IMG/VR virus record: IMGVR_UViG_3300010311_000419
Length of the DNA: 45,147 bases
From: a virus
Reading direction: 5' to 3' (one strand)
Shown one piece after another: positions 35,221 through 44,959 of this stretch. The notes beneath the pieces were generated by a model. The model was not told the DNA's origin, made no database searches, and saw only the letters and a list, made by a program, of their open reading frames with translations. The position numbers and the translations under genes were made by a program. How positions within the stretch are numbered: position 1 is the stretch's first letter; each line of letters begins with the position of its first letter.

Positions 35221-36306
35221 TCAAAGTTTGTTTAGAAAAGCAGATAAAGGTGCAGTTGGATTTTTGCAAGTATAACCAGTGTTATATATCCCTATGTATC
35301 GATAATGAAGAGGTATCATCACAACTTTGCCGGATGGTGTGAGTACTCCTCCATACCATTTGCCTCCTGCCGTTGAAGTATCTGGCCCTTGTGTGTATGT
35401 GTTAGCAACTGGATCATATATCCCTATGTATTGATAGCTATAAGGTATCATCACAACCTTGCCAGATGGCGTGAGTACTCCTCCAATCCATTTGCCTCCT
35501 GCCGTTGTAGTATCTGCCCCTTGTGTGTATGTGTCCGCTACTGGATCGTATATCCCTATGTATCGATAATGAAGAGGTATCATCACAACTTTGCCGGATG
35601 GTGTGAGTACTCCTCCATACCATTTGGCTGTTGCCGTTGAAGTATCTGGCCCTTGCGTGTATGTGTTCTCAACCGGGTCATATATCCCTATGTATTGATA
35701 GCTACCAGGTACCATCACAACCTTGCCGGATGGTGTGAGTACTCCTCCAATCCATTTGCCTCCTGCCGTTGAAGTATCTGGCCCTTGTGTGTATGTGTTA
35801 GCAACTGGATCGTATATCCCTATGTATCGATAATTATGAGGTACCATCACAACCTTGCCGGATGGTGTGAGTACTCCTCCATACCATTTGGCTGTTGCCG
35901 TTGAAGTATCTGGCCCTTGCGTGTATGTGTTCTCAACTGGATCGTATATCCCTATGTATTGATAGCTACCAGGTACCATCACAACCTTGCCGGATGGTGT
36001 GAGTACTCCTCCAATCCATTTGCCTCCTGCCGTTGAAGTATCTGGCCCTTGTGTGTATGTGTTAGCAACTGGATCATATATCCCTATGTATTGATAGCTA
36101 TAAGGTATCATCACAACCTTGCCGGATGGTGTGAGTACTCCTCCATACCATTTGGATGTTGCCGTTGAAGTATCTGGCCCTTGTGTGTATCCTTGTGCGG
36201 TTGATGATAAAGCTATATTGTGTGCTATTTCATCAACAGCTTGAGCATCATAGATGCTTAGATTGTCATACCTTTCATTCAGCGAGTATTTATTCAGCTT
36301 GTACAT
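35221..36306 (-). CDS. Tandem-repeat protein, putative receptor-binding / tail fibre component
   Basis: About eight ~44-aa repeats (YTQGPDTSTAxxKWxGGVLTPSGKVVMxP..YxYIGIYDPVxNT); ATG at 36306 overlaps upstream stop as TAATG. Confidence 0.5.
   Translation of the reverse strand: MYKLNKYSLNERYDNLSIYDAQAVDEIAHNIALSSTAQGYTQGPDTSTATSKWYGGVLTPSGKVVMIPYSYQYIGIYDPVANTYTQGPDTSTAGGKWIGGVLTPSGKVVMVPGSYQYIGIYDPVENTYTQGPDTSTATAKWYGGVLTPSGKVVMVPHNYRYIGIYDPVANTYTQGPDTSTAGGKWIGGVLTPSGKVVMVPGSYQYIGIYDPVENTYTQGPDTSTATAKWYGGVLTPSGKVVMIPLHYRYIGIYDPVADTYTQGADTTTAGGKWIGGVLTPSGKVVMIPYSYQYIGIYDPVANTYTQGPDTSTAGGKWYGGVLTPSGKVVMIPLHYRYIGIYNTGYTCKNPTAPLSAFLNKL
35270..36190. repeat. Near-identical 132-bp tandem DNA repeats (alternating variants, ~264-bp higher-order unit)
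   Basis: Stretches such as 35280-35350 and 35550-35620 are identical; limits approximate. Confidence 0.7.
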
Positions 36307-36644
36307 TATATAGTGACCTCTTTCCCGCTTATCATCACATATACTTTGCTGGCAGTCTCGCAATACCCTTTAATCCTATCTCCGGCAATTAAAACTTGAT
36401 CCATAAACGGAATCGTTATAGTGTTTTCTCCGCCTACTGCAGGTAGCGGATAATCCTTCACCAGATAATAGTCTGTACTCCCACTGTAAATAACAAGAGA
36501 TACTTTTTTAGCTGCTGTGTCTATGTTGCAGAACGTGACCGCCTTTATGAACCTCAACTTGCCAGAAGGCACTGCGTCTGCATCGATATATCCCAATGTG
36601 TCTGGTAAAAAACCTATCGCGAATCGTTTTGCATCCGTTGCCAC
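36306..36644 (-). CDS. Hypothetical tail-fibre-region protein (112 aa)
   Basis: ORF track; coupled to downstream repeat protein. Confidence 0.4.
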   Translation of the reverse strand: MATDAKRFAIGFLPDTLGYIDADAVPSGKLRFIKAVTFCNIDTAAKKVSLVIYSGSTDYYLVKDYPLPAVGGENTITIPFMDQVLIAGDRIKGYCETASKVYVMISGKEVTI

Positions 36645-36653
36645 ACTATCACC

Positions 36654-37544
36654 TCACAATGCTCCAAAGTCTGAACTTGCTGTACCGCCGGAGGCATTTA
36701 TAGTAATGCTGCCTGCTCCAGCATCGGTAGTTATTGTTATATTTGTCCCAGCTACAAAAGTAAGCGTGTCAGTCTTAGAATCAGCCACAACATTACTCTG
36801 ACCAGATACAGCAACTGTAGAGAAAGCGTTCTGGTTTACTTCTGCCCCATCTGCTACATTGATTATTGTCCTAACCTGAGTTGCTGTTAAATCCTCTGGG
36901 TCGCCTGTAGAAGCTGTGATTCTGCCTTTAATTGTATTAACGGCCATGTTTGCAAGTTTGGCGTTGGTTACAGCGTCATTGGCGATTGTCGTCGCCCCGT
37001 CACCAACACTTGTTACATCGCCGGAATGGTTCGGGTGTGTATAGTTATTAGCACTCTCGGCAATACCGTCCAACTTTGTCTTATCCACGGCGCTCATAAA
37101 CCCCGCTACAGCAGTTGTAGCCGCCGAATGCGCGTGTCCCGATGTCGCAAAGTCTGATGCTTTGCTGGTGCTGTCAATAAGGTTACCGCTTGCATCAAGC
37201 CCAGCAAAGTTGCCAGCAGTCGGCGAGGCCACCTTGTCAGCCTTAGAGTTCACGTCATCCGCCGAGTTTTTATCTCCCTTCGTGAGATAGGTGCAATATA
37301 CCGTCTCGCCGTTGTGTGTGACGAACGTGATCGAGTTGTAAGTCTTGTAGAAGCTGTCATAATCCCCGAGCGTGTAATCCGTGCTTGCCGCTAACTGCGA
37401 GCCCGTCTTGCCCTCGCCGGTCCACACTTCGATCGACATAATGTGATCGTGTACGAGCTGTTGAGACCCCACCGTGTTAATAACCAACGCCTCATCGGTT
37501 ATCTCCGTGCCGTTTGCGTTGTAGTTGAGATAGGTCACGCTCAT
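36654..37544 (-). CDS. Putative tail fibre protein
   Basis: 296 aa, Ser/Thr/Ala/Gly/Asn-rich beta-rich composition. Confidence 0.4.
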   Translation of the reverse strand: MSVTYLNYNANGTEITDEALVINTVGSQQLVHDHIMSIEVWTGEGKTGSQLAASTDYTLGDYDSFYKTYNSITFVTHNGETVYCTYLTKGDKNSADDVNSKADKVASPTAGNFAGLDASGNLIDSTSKASDFATSGHAHSAATTAVAGFMSAVDKTKLDGIAESANNYTHPNHSGDVTSVGDGATTIANDAVTNAKLANMAVNTIKGRITASTGDPEDLTATQVRTIINVADGAEVNQNAFSTVAVSGQSNVVADSKTDTLTFVAGTNITITTDAGAGSITINASGGTASSDFGAL

Positions 37545-37972
37545 TTCACGCCCACCTCGATCCTCACCGGCACGCGTTTGATTTGCGTCTTACTGCTGTA
37601 CACCCACGTGAACGAGAGATAATAATTTGCAAGCGGGTCATACAGTGTTTTATCCGCGTAGAACCACATCACATAAGTCCCCGTGTCGATCTTCGTGCAT
37701 GAGAGATCGGCCACCTTCTCCGGTTCTGTGTCATACGTTTCCAATTGCGCGGAATAGCTGTCCGCGTCAACGTTCGTGTATACGCCATCGACGCGTATCT
37801 GAGTTTCGACGATCTCGCCCCATGTCGATCCCCATTCCACGCGCCTGATTTCGTCATTGCTTGGCATTCCAATCACCTCATTCCGTGTAAGGTCTGTTCG
37901 TTGTTCGATAGTAGGCTTCGCAGGTTGATGTGAGGATGTTCGCGGCGTATAAATAATTGATCCGTTCAGCAA
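37541..37972 (-). CDS. Hypothetical tail/baseplate protein (143 aa)
   Basis: ORF track; coupled to neighbours. Confidence 0.35.
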   Translation of the reverse strand: MLNGSIIYTPRTSSHQPAKPTIEQRTDLTRNEVIGMPSNDEIRRVEWGSTWGEIVETQIRVDGVYTNVDADSYSAQLETYDTEPEKVADLSCTKIDTGTYVMWFYADKTLYDPLANYYLSFTWVYSSKTQIKRVPVRIEVGVK

Positions 37973-38534
37973 GAGAACGTAGCCCTTCGATCAGGCTCTC
38001 CAGCACCGTCTCGCTCAACGGCGCACATACGGGCGCAATAAGTTCGCTCACAACCGAATAGATCGCCTCTCGAGACGCGCCTCTCACGCTCAAAACATCC
38101 TCGACAACCTCGCGGATAACGCCAGATAACTCATCATCGGAATAAACGCGCTCGCGAATCGGATTTGCCGCTGTGAGAGCTGAATATACAATCTCCCGCG
38201 CGATCTCCCGCGCCTCGCCGATCTCATATATCTCCGAGCGTATGACCGCGTTCATCGCATCCAGCGCCGTGACCCTTTGGCGGGTTGTCGCGTTGAGCGT
38301 TTCGAGTTCAAGCGCGATCGCCCGGAGATTCCCGGATATGCTCGCCATCTCGTTCACCCGTTCGCGTATTGCGCCCGCTGCCGGTGTCGTATCTGTTACC
38401 GGTTCGCGAATGATCGACAGAATCTCCTCATCCGTGCGCGCAATTCGCTCCTTCGAGATAACCGCCACGCTTGCCGTCTCCCCACGATCCTTTTCGTAGA
38501 TATCTTGATTGTAGATGCGGTTCCCGTAGATCAT
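37878..38534 (-). CDS. Hypothetical tail/baseplate protein (218 aa)
   Basis: ORF track; repeated IREV/IRER elements; start may be internal. Confidence 0.35.
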   Translation of the reverse strand: MIYGNRIYNQDIYEKDRGETASVAVISKERIARTDEEILSIIREPVTDTTPAAGAIRERVNEMASISGNLRAIALELETLNATTRQRVTALDAMNAVIRSEIYEIGEAREIAREIVYSALTAANPIRERVYSDDELSGVIREVVEDVLSVRGASREAIYSVVSELIAPVCAPLSETVLESLIEGLRSLAERINYLYAANILTSTCEAYYRTTNRPYTE

Positions 38535-38539
38535 AGCGG

Positions 38540-39148
38540 TTACGGTTCGGTGCTGTAATTCTTCGAGTAGCCAGCGATATAGATGTCGTTATAGTTCATC
38601 ATCGCCGTGCCTTCCGGGATGATCGATTTGCACCAGAACGGGATAACGGAACCGGAGGAGATCGTACCGAGTGATAACGCCGAGCCGCCTGATAAATATC
38701 CCTGAGCAACGCCGCCAGAATCAAGCGAGAGATAGTGATGCGACACGGAGAGCCCGCCGCCGGTATAGTAGTCGTTTATCGAGATTGTCACGTTGATCGC
38801 GTCCGCGTCTGCCGATTCAATATATAGCATCTGCTCCAGCGTTCGGTTCGCTTCGAGCGAGTCGTTACCCGCTGCATCAAGGTTCTCGAAGAGGTACTCG
38901 CCGGAACTGAAAGCAACAACGCTTTCACCCGTGACCGGTGTCGTCACCATCGTCAGCACGCCATCCGCGAATGTGTATTGCGTTGTCTCCGTTAAGAGCT
39001 TGCCGAAGTATTCCGCCGTGCTGTATCGCCGAACGTGATCCGGTGTCGAACACGATACGGTCGCCAGCGATCCGTTACCGATTATCTTGCCAAGTTCCGA
39101 TCGGATCGCTGTTGTCTTTGCTTCATCTTTCCAAAATTTCAATGCCAT
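38540..39148 (-). CDS. Hypothetical tail/baseplate protein (202 aa)
   Basis: ORF track. Confidence 0.35.
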   Translation of the reverse strand: MALKFWKDEAKTTAIRSELGKIIGNGSLATVSCSTPDHVRRYSTAEYFGKLLTETTQYTFADGVLTMVTTPVTGESVVAFSSGEYLFENLDAAGNDSLEANRTLEQMLYIESADADAINVTISINDYYTGGGLSVSHHYLSLDSGGVAQGYLSGGSALSLGTISSGSVIPFWCKSIIPEGTAMMNYNDIYIAGYSKNYSTEP

Positions 39149-39164
39149 CGCTTATCACCGCTCC

Positions 39165-39458
39165 TCATACGAAGGAGAGCCGCATCGGCTCTCGTTTGAG
39201 TTGTTTGTATCCACCGTAGTAACCGGATAATTCCGCGAAGTAGGACCCGCTTGTCAAGTCTACGGTCTCCAGTATCACCTCGTACGTGCCAGTGCTTGAT
39301 TCGGTTATCTCCGCGTCTACGCCGAGCGTGAGGGTATACAGTACTGAAGCCGCGGAGTTGTAGAGCTTGAACACGACCGTCGAGAGCGATGTCAATGCGT
39401 CGTTGCAGGTGAACGTGAACTCCAGCGTGCCGGTGTCGCCTTGCAATATCTTAATCAC
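39165..39458 (-). CDS. Hypothetical tail protein (97 aa)
   Basis: ORF track. Confidence 0.35.
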   Translation of the reverse strand: MIKILQGDTGTLEFTFTCNDALTSLSTVVFKLYNSAASVLYTLTLGVDAEITESSTGTYEVILETVDLTSGSYFAELSGYYGGYKQLKREPMRLSFV

Positions 39459-39720
39459 TTCGTATCACTCTCCTCAAAACGCAATCGGTATTCCGTTTCA
39501 CATCCCATACCGCCGGCTCCTTCTGCTCGCACGTGAAGGAGGTGATGAAGGCTTGATCATAGAGTTCGGAAGCGGTATCGAGAAGTGTAGGCCGTGCTTT
39601 CTCAATGAATGTAACCGGCCCGGGGATCCACTTGCGTTCGTGTTCGCTTTTCAAGATCGTGAGTGTCGTGTTCTCTTTGCTTCGCTCAACGGCCAACGAA
39701 ATCAAAGCCGCGTCCATCAT
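39451..39720 (-). CDS. Hypothetical tail protein (89 aa)
   Basis: ORF track. Confidence 0.35.
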   Translation of the reverse strand: MMDAALISLAVERSKENTTLTILKSEHERKWIPGPVTFIEKARPTLLDTASELYDQAFITSFTCEQKEPAVWDVKRNTDCVLRRVIRSD

Positions 39721-39721
39721 T

Positions 39722-40102
39722 TTAGATCGTCGCTTTCACGTGTTTAAGCGTCAACGTGATGGCCGATGAGTCGTTGTTCGTTACCTGCACTTTCGCGTAC
39801 TTCATCCCTTGCAGGTTGAATCCAAACGATCGGCGCACCAGGAAAGCGTCATCCATATCCGATGGATTCACCGAGAAGGTGTAGCCGGATTCCGGTTTGC
39901 TGTCAAAGTTCACGTTATCCGCGCTCGTCAACACGTCAATCACTACCGTCCCAGATGCCACGGATGTTGCGAACGTCACGGATGCTTGCAGTATTCCGTA
40001 TATCGCCTTGTCTTCGTTTTGTACCGCCGATGTGAAAACACTCCCAGCGGATATCGATTCCGCGGTGAAAAGGGTGATTGCAGAGCTTTCTAAATAGGCC
40101 AT
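39722..40102 (-). CDS. Hypothetical tail protein (126 aa)
   Basis: ORF track. Confidence 0.35.
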   Translation of the reverse strand: MAYLESSAITLFTAESISAGSVFTSAVQNEDKAIYGILQASVTFATSVASGTVVIDVLTSADNVNFDSKPESGYTFSVNPSDMDDAFLVRRSFGFNLQGMKYAKVQVTNNDSSAITLTLKHVKATI

Positions 40103-40129
40103 GTTATTCCTCCTTATAATTGTTCTTAA

Positions 40130-42688
40130 TTATTGTATGAGCGGCGCTTCGAATAATGCACTGCTCCCAAGCATATCGTCAACCGCATACCATTTGATCC
40201 ACGCCTTGCCTGCATATCCGTCGAACGAAGGAATATAGAAATCTCCCGGTTCGTCGTCCTCGTCGAAATCAGTAAGCATCAACTTTCCGATGTTGCCGTC
40301 ATAAATGTAGTATCCTTCGGATAAGCTTGCGTATATCTTGTTGTTTGCGAAAATTGGCATATTGCCGTATGTTCTCCAGTCTATTGCGTATATTTTAGAG
40401 AAAGCCGGAGAATAATCAATGATTGCTGGGGGGATGGATGAGCTTGAAAGATAAGTACACATCAACGTTTTTTTGCGTTCGATCGTATCGATGTTTATTA
40501 ACCTTATGAAGTTTGTGTTTGAAAAATCGCCGCTTGTAAATAGCATTATTCGGTCGAAGGGTACGGAAGTATCCGGCGCCAATAAAGCATAAGAGTTATC
40601 GGGAGCAACATATATATGGGGCGTAGAATCATAACTTGTTCTGCCGGTTGAGATAAACGCGCGCGTATCAATATTGAGGAATCCAAGCGTGTGTGTCTCT
40701 TCACCTTCGCCGTTTCGCCCGTTTTTAGCTACGAGTAAATAAGTCTGCCCGCCTACGCTGATAAATGGAAGCGGATCATGCCAATCGGAATAAAAACACT
40801 GATAAGGGCTTACACTAGTTGCTCCCCATCCATATTTGTATAATCCGATTCGTTTTACTTCCATCAATGTATAATCGATGTCTTGATAATAGGTTGTTTC
40901 GCCATCGATGGTTTTGTATCCAGTTGCACTAATTATGTTAGATTTGTCAAATGTGTTTAAGTAATATGCTGTTTCTTCAATTATAATATCTAATTCATCC
41001 CTTGTAAACTCGAATCTTCTTACTTCTCTAAACATTCTATTTAATGATTCTTTGGCAGGCGCATTATAGAAAAGTTCTGTTTTCAAAGAGGCTGTAAATG
41101 TAAGTTGTTCGGGTGGTTCGGGTGATTCGTCCCCGTGTGAACACGTTCGTATGTTTGCGCCGCCCATACCCCCAACACCCAATTGTCCATCTTCGGCGTA
41201 TATATAACCACAAACGCGAGGCGGCAAAGCGCCTTTTGTACCGCCAGCGCTTTGCGTTCCGCCAGAACCGCCATAGCCGCTGTGGAAATTGTTTAAGGCT
41301 TGATCGTTTTCGCCATGACTCCCGGTATAACCGCCATCGCCTCCATGTGGTGGGTGTGTTGATTTATACAACGGCCGTACGTCTCCTTTAGGTGCTAAAC
41401 CCGTTGTGCTTCTTGATTGTGGCGCGCCGGCACCGCCGCCGCCACCGGCGACTAACATTCTGTTTTCTAATTCTGTACCACCTATTCTTATGTCTGATGC
41501 TCCGCCGCCGGTCCCACCGGATGAGTATTTTGAGAACCCTGTAATACCCGCACCACCAATATAAATATAAACCGTAGTTGTTTCTGATAAAGATAAAGTT
41601 GCGCTGACATAAGCGCCTTTCCCGCCGGAGCCTTTTAATCCTAAATAATGCCCCGGCGTGTTTTCGTCATAACTGCTATCACCGCCAGAAGCCCCCCACG
41701 CCTCAACAGAGTAATTCCCTGCCGGCAACTCAACGCTTGAATCGTTTATATAAGTAACGCCATTTAATACAACTTTGCCGTTTCCGGTGTTGATTCCAGT
41801 TTCATAATGTGCATTCGATAAGGATGCGTGTACATAAGACGAACCACCACCACCACCGCCACCACCGCCGCCACAACAAGCCCCGGAACCGCCAGCACCG
41901 CCGCCACCGCCGTAGTAACCGCCACCACCACCACCGCCACCGCTGCATCCAACATAAAAACCATATGTAGTATTAACTAATCCACCGCCGTTAGCCGAAA
42001 AAGCAGGTGGAAGTTCTGGAAGTTCTTCTGTAAGCCCATCATAATATAAAGGATTATATAATATTTCTCTGGCTTCCGTTTCATCGTTTGTGTCAACATC
42101 CTCCGGCCAGCCATCATAATGCTCGGAATCATATATCTCTTCATTTATAAGTGTCTGCGTACCGCTTGATAACGCAACTTTTACCCACTTATGCGTATTG
42201 TCTGATAGTTTAAGCAAAATATACATATATTTTCTGTTTGTTGAATAGTAAAACGCGCGTGTAGATGCTGTCTCGGTTGCGAGATTAGTGGCATACACAA
42301 AAGCGCCACCAACATCATCAAACTCTGTTAATCCGATCGGCGTGTGTATTGCTACACCTTCATCGTCAACAGAAGAATTGATGATGTACCATTTTTGATC
42401 AGCATCTTGCACTATTGAATAGCAACGTTGAATTTTTCTATCATAGATAAACGGTAGATAATCATAAATGTTAAGCCCAGAACCGGCTATAATATTTGTA
42501 TCAAAAACTTTCGCCAACGCCGCAGTCTGCGTTTCTTCGTTTAGTTCTACGGATACGATGTTATAATCGCTACCGTAGTTAGCAGCACACACAATCCCTT
42601 TCAACTCTTCGAACGTGATCCGCTCTTCGAACGTGATCCGCCCGTTCATCACGGGAAGAAACCCGAACATCTTCGCGCTTATGCTCAT
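40130..42688 (-). CDS. Glycine-rich tail-associated protein (852 aa)
   Basis: Central poly-Gly tracts (CSGGGGGGGGYYGGGGGAGGSG..GGGGGGGGGG) within beta-rich flanks. Confidence 0.5.
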   Translation of the reverse strand: MSISAKMFGFLPVMNGRITFEERITFEELKGIVCAANYGSDYNIVSVELNEETQTAALAKVFDTNIIAGSGLNIYDYLPFIYDRKIQRCYSIVQDADQKWYIINSSVDDEGVAIHTPIGLTEFDDVGGAFVYATNLATETASTRAFYYSTNRKYMYILLKLSDNTHKWVKVALSSGTQTLINEEIYDSEHYDGWPEDVDTNDETEAREILYNPLYYDGLTEELPELPPAFSANGGGLVNTTYGFYVGCSGGGGGGGGYYGGGGGAGGSGACCGGGGGGGGGGSSYVHASLSNAHYETGINTGNGKVVLNGVTYINDSSVELPAGNYSVEAWGASGGDSSYDENTPGHYLGLKGSGGKGAYVSATLSLSETTTVYIYIGGAGITGFSKYSSGGTGGGASDIRIGGTELENRMLVAGGGGGAGAPQSRSTTGLAPKGDVRPLYKSTHPPHGGDGGYTGSHGENDQALNNFHSGYGGSGGTQSAGGTKGALPPRVCGYIYAEDGQLGVGGMGGANIRTCSHGDESPEPPEQLTFTASLKTELFYNAPAKESLNRMFREVRRFEFTRDELDIIIEETAYYLNTFDKSNIISATGYKTIDGETTYYQDIDYTLMEVKRIGLYKYGWGATSVSPYQCFYSDWHDPLPFISVGGQTYLLVAKNGRNGEGEETHTLGFLNIDTRAFISTGRTSYDSTPHIYVAPDNSYALLAPDTSVPFDRIMLFTSGDFSNTNFIRLINIDTIERKKTLMCTYLSSSSIPPAIIDYSPAFSKIYAIDWRTYGNMPIFANNKIYASLSEGYYIYDGNIGKLMLTDFDEDDEPGDFYIPSFDGYAGKAWIKWYAVDDMLGSSALFEAPLIQ
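41830..41960. repeat. Low-complexity GGN/GCC codon tract encoding poly-Gly
   Basis: Runs of ACCACCACCGCCACCGCC on the plus strand. Confidence 0.7.
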
Positions 42689-44343
42689 AAGTAGTTGAAC
42701 TTCTCCTTTTTAGTTAGCGGCGCCTTCCAAAGCAACACGCCGTTCTCCCCGATCTCGATCTCGTTCTGCGAGTATTCCGATATCGTGTCGTCCTTCCATC
42801 GTATCTTTGTCTTGCCGGTCACGCGATCAATCCAGCAGTATTCGATGTTGGTTATAATGCTTGGGGCGTTTGCGTAGGATTCGGCGATCTTGCGGTACAA
42901 AATATTTCCAGGGAACACCTTCATCGTCCCGGAGGTGTTCGCTTTCTCCTTGAACGTGAGCGTCACGACCACCCCGGATGAGAGGTCGTAGTTTATTTCC
43001 GTCCGCTCAAGAACGCAATTCGCGCCCTGATATGTGTGCGCGGATTCCGATGTCGGAAAATGCACAGCGAGCGGGATCGAGCCTAACATTCCGTGTTCAT
43101 ATGTGCAAGTCGTTTCGGTGTTGTAGAGGCGCTCTTTGTATTCGTGGTTTGCAACCGCGTTCAACGCGTCAAGATCAAGTATCTGCGGCATATCGATCAC
43201 GTCCGCTTCGGCTTCGTCACCGATGATGACTTCGTGTATCTGTTCTGCCGATTGTGATAGGATGTGAAGGGTGATGTAGTTGGGGAGAGTGTATTTGAAC
43301 GCCGTAAGCAAAAGGCTTGCCATCGCTTCTTCAGGTTGAATGTTGATCGCGTCCGGGTTTGTGTCTATTTCTATTTCTGCTAAACTTTCAGCTCTCCAAG
43401 GAATAACCAATGTCAAAAATATATCGTCGTCTTCTGGGATTATAAAAAAGGGTTTGAGTGTTGCGCTAAACGTTAACCCAAGAGCGGATAAGTCGTTTGC
43501 AAGCATTTTTTCTTCGTAGAATGATTGCGCAAACACGTCGAACGCGGTATTCGTATCGTCAAAATATAATTGGTTGATACTTCCCTCTTCCACATAAACC
43601 TGCGCGTGCTTAACATAAGTCATAAATAGCACAAATATCTTTGTGTTATCGTCGTTCTTCGCGGCGAACGGAATCCACCACTGCTGGGACGCCGTGCTAT
43701 ACGTCACAGATACCTCTTCCGCCGCCCCGCTTGGATCGGTAAACGGCGCGCGTACCTTTACGGCATAAGAACCCGGGAGACTATCGCCGCCAGATACGAC
43801 GCGAATATATCCGCTCGACCGGTCAAACGCCGATCCGACCTCGTCACCGTCACCGCCATACGGGCAGTATCCACGATACGCGTCATACTCCCTCAACCCT
43901 TGCAGCCCATTCCCCTGGAACGAGAAGCTCTCGATTGTCGCGCCGAAGTAAGCCGCGGGCAGCGTGGTTTTGTAGAAGTCTTGCAAGGCGTCCGTGCCTT
44001 CGCCAGTCGGTTTTATATCGACGTCGTAGGATTCAATCTCGCCGAGCGCATCAATGAAGCTCACGTACCATCGTTTGTGCGTGCTGTCGGCTGTCTCTTC
44101 CCATCGTATTTGATAAGGATAACCGCTGAAGGCTTCGGATTGCGAACCTTCACCCGGCTCCGATTCTGATTTCGCGTAGAATATGTACTCTGTTCCAAGC
44201 GCGAACGGACACGGTTCGGTCTTCTTTGTGACGATCGTTAGCTCTGCCGTGTTCGGGGTATATCCGCGGTTGTGTGTTGCGCTGAATGATTCGATCTTGA
44301 GATCGGCAATGCTTGTGATGATTCTCGATACGTAGGCCGCCAT
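42685..44343 (-). CDS. Putative distal tail / baseplate hub protein (552 aa)
   Basis: Large ORF in the distal-tail position; no motif recognised. Confidence 0.4.
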   Translation of the reverse strand: MAAYVSRIITSIADLKIESFSATHNRGYTPNTAELTIVTKKTEPCPFALGTEYIFYAKSESEPGEGSQSEAFSGYPYQIRWEETADSTHKRWYVSFIDALGEIESYDVDIKPTGEGTDALQDFYKTTLPAAYFGATIESFSFQGNGLQGLREYDAYRGYCPYGGDGDEVGSAFDRSSGYIRVVSGGDSLPGSYAVKVRAPFTDPSGAAEEVSVTYSTASQQWWIPFAAKNDDNTKIFVLFMTYVKHAQVYVEEGSINQLYFDDTNTAFDVFAQSFYEEKMLANDLSALGLTFSATLKPFFIIPEDDDIFLTLVIPWRAESLAEIEIDTNPDAINIQPEEAMASLLLTAFKYTLPNYITLHILSQSAEQIHEVIIGDEAEADVIDMPQILDLDALNAVANHEYKERLYNTETTCTYEHGMLGSIPLAVHFPTSESAHTYQGANCVLERTEINYDLSSGVVVTLTFKEKANTSGTMKVFPGNILYRKIAESYANAPSIITNIEYCWIDRVTGKTKIRWKDDTISEYSQNEIEIGENGVLLWKAPLTKKEKFNYL

Positions 44344-44344
44344 C

Positions 44345-44614
44345 TTATTGTCTCCTCAAGAAGCGTTTCGGCAATTCTTTTATGTCGCGTTCGGTTTGTG
44401 TAGTCTTGCGCTCGTTCACGGACATTCTGGCGTATATATCGTTCACACGGGGGGTAATGACACCGTTCACCTGCTGATCCAATTCGCGCCGTAACGAGTC
44501 GAGTTTTTTGTCAACAATTTTATCGATCTGCTTGTCGATATTGATGTCTATGTTCTGTATGTTCTCGAGTTCTTTTCTAATCGCTATAAGCTCTTCAAGT
44601 ATCACGGCGTTCAC
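44345..44614 (-). CDS. Hypothetical protein (89 aa)
   Basis: ORF track; charged, coiled-coil-like. Confidence 0.35.
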   Translation of the reverse strand: MNAVILEELIAIRKELENIQNIDINIDKQIDKIVDKKLDSLRRELDQQVNGVITPRVNDIYARMSVNERKTTQTERDIKELPKRFLRRQ

Positions 44615-44619
44615 CGCCT

Positions 44620-44955
44620 TTATTGTTTGGTTTCGTTGTATACAACGTTGATCGTCCAGGTTTTTGAGGTAAGAGCTTCAAGGTTTTCTTTTAACTTGCC
44701 TGTGTGTTCGGACATCTTCTTGAGCTTCTCAACTAAATCAGCCATATCGCCGGATTGGAAGTCGCCTAAGTTATCATTTACATCTTTTAGAGCGACATTG
44801 ATCCCGACAACTACATTTGCGACTGATTCTAATGTCGACGCAAGCCGTTCTATCTTTGACTGGGCATCTGAAACGTCCGCGTTGACTGTAACGGCTTTTG
44901 TTGTCTCTAACTGATCGACCTTTTTAGTCAAAGAATCTAATACGCTTTCGGCCAT
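44620..44955 (-). CDS. Hypothetical protein (111 aa)
   Basis: ORF track; ATG 5 nt after stop of the junction-spanning gene; shares the VNAD motif. Confidence 0.4.
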   Translation of the reverse strand: MAESVLDSLTKKVDQLETTKAVTVNADVSDAQSKIERLASTLESVANVVVGINVALKDVNDNLGDFQSGDMADLVEKLKKMSEHTGKLKENLEALTSKTWTINVVYNETKQ

Positions 44956-44959
44956 CTCA

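Noticed and set aside
35389-35640. Plus- and minus-strand ORFs nested inside the tandem-repeat gene (35389..35640 +, 35438..35623 -)
   Set aside because: Alternative frames of the 132-bp repeats; Cys/Trp/Arg-rich repeat-derived translations with no start context.
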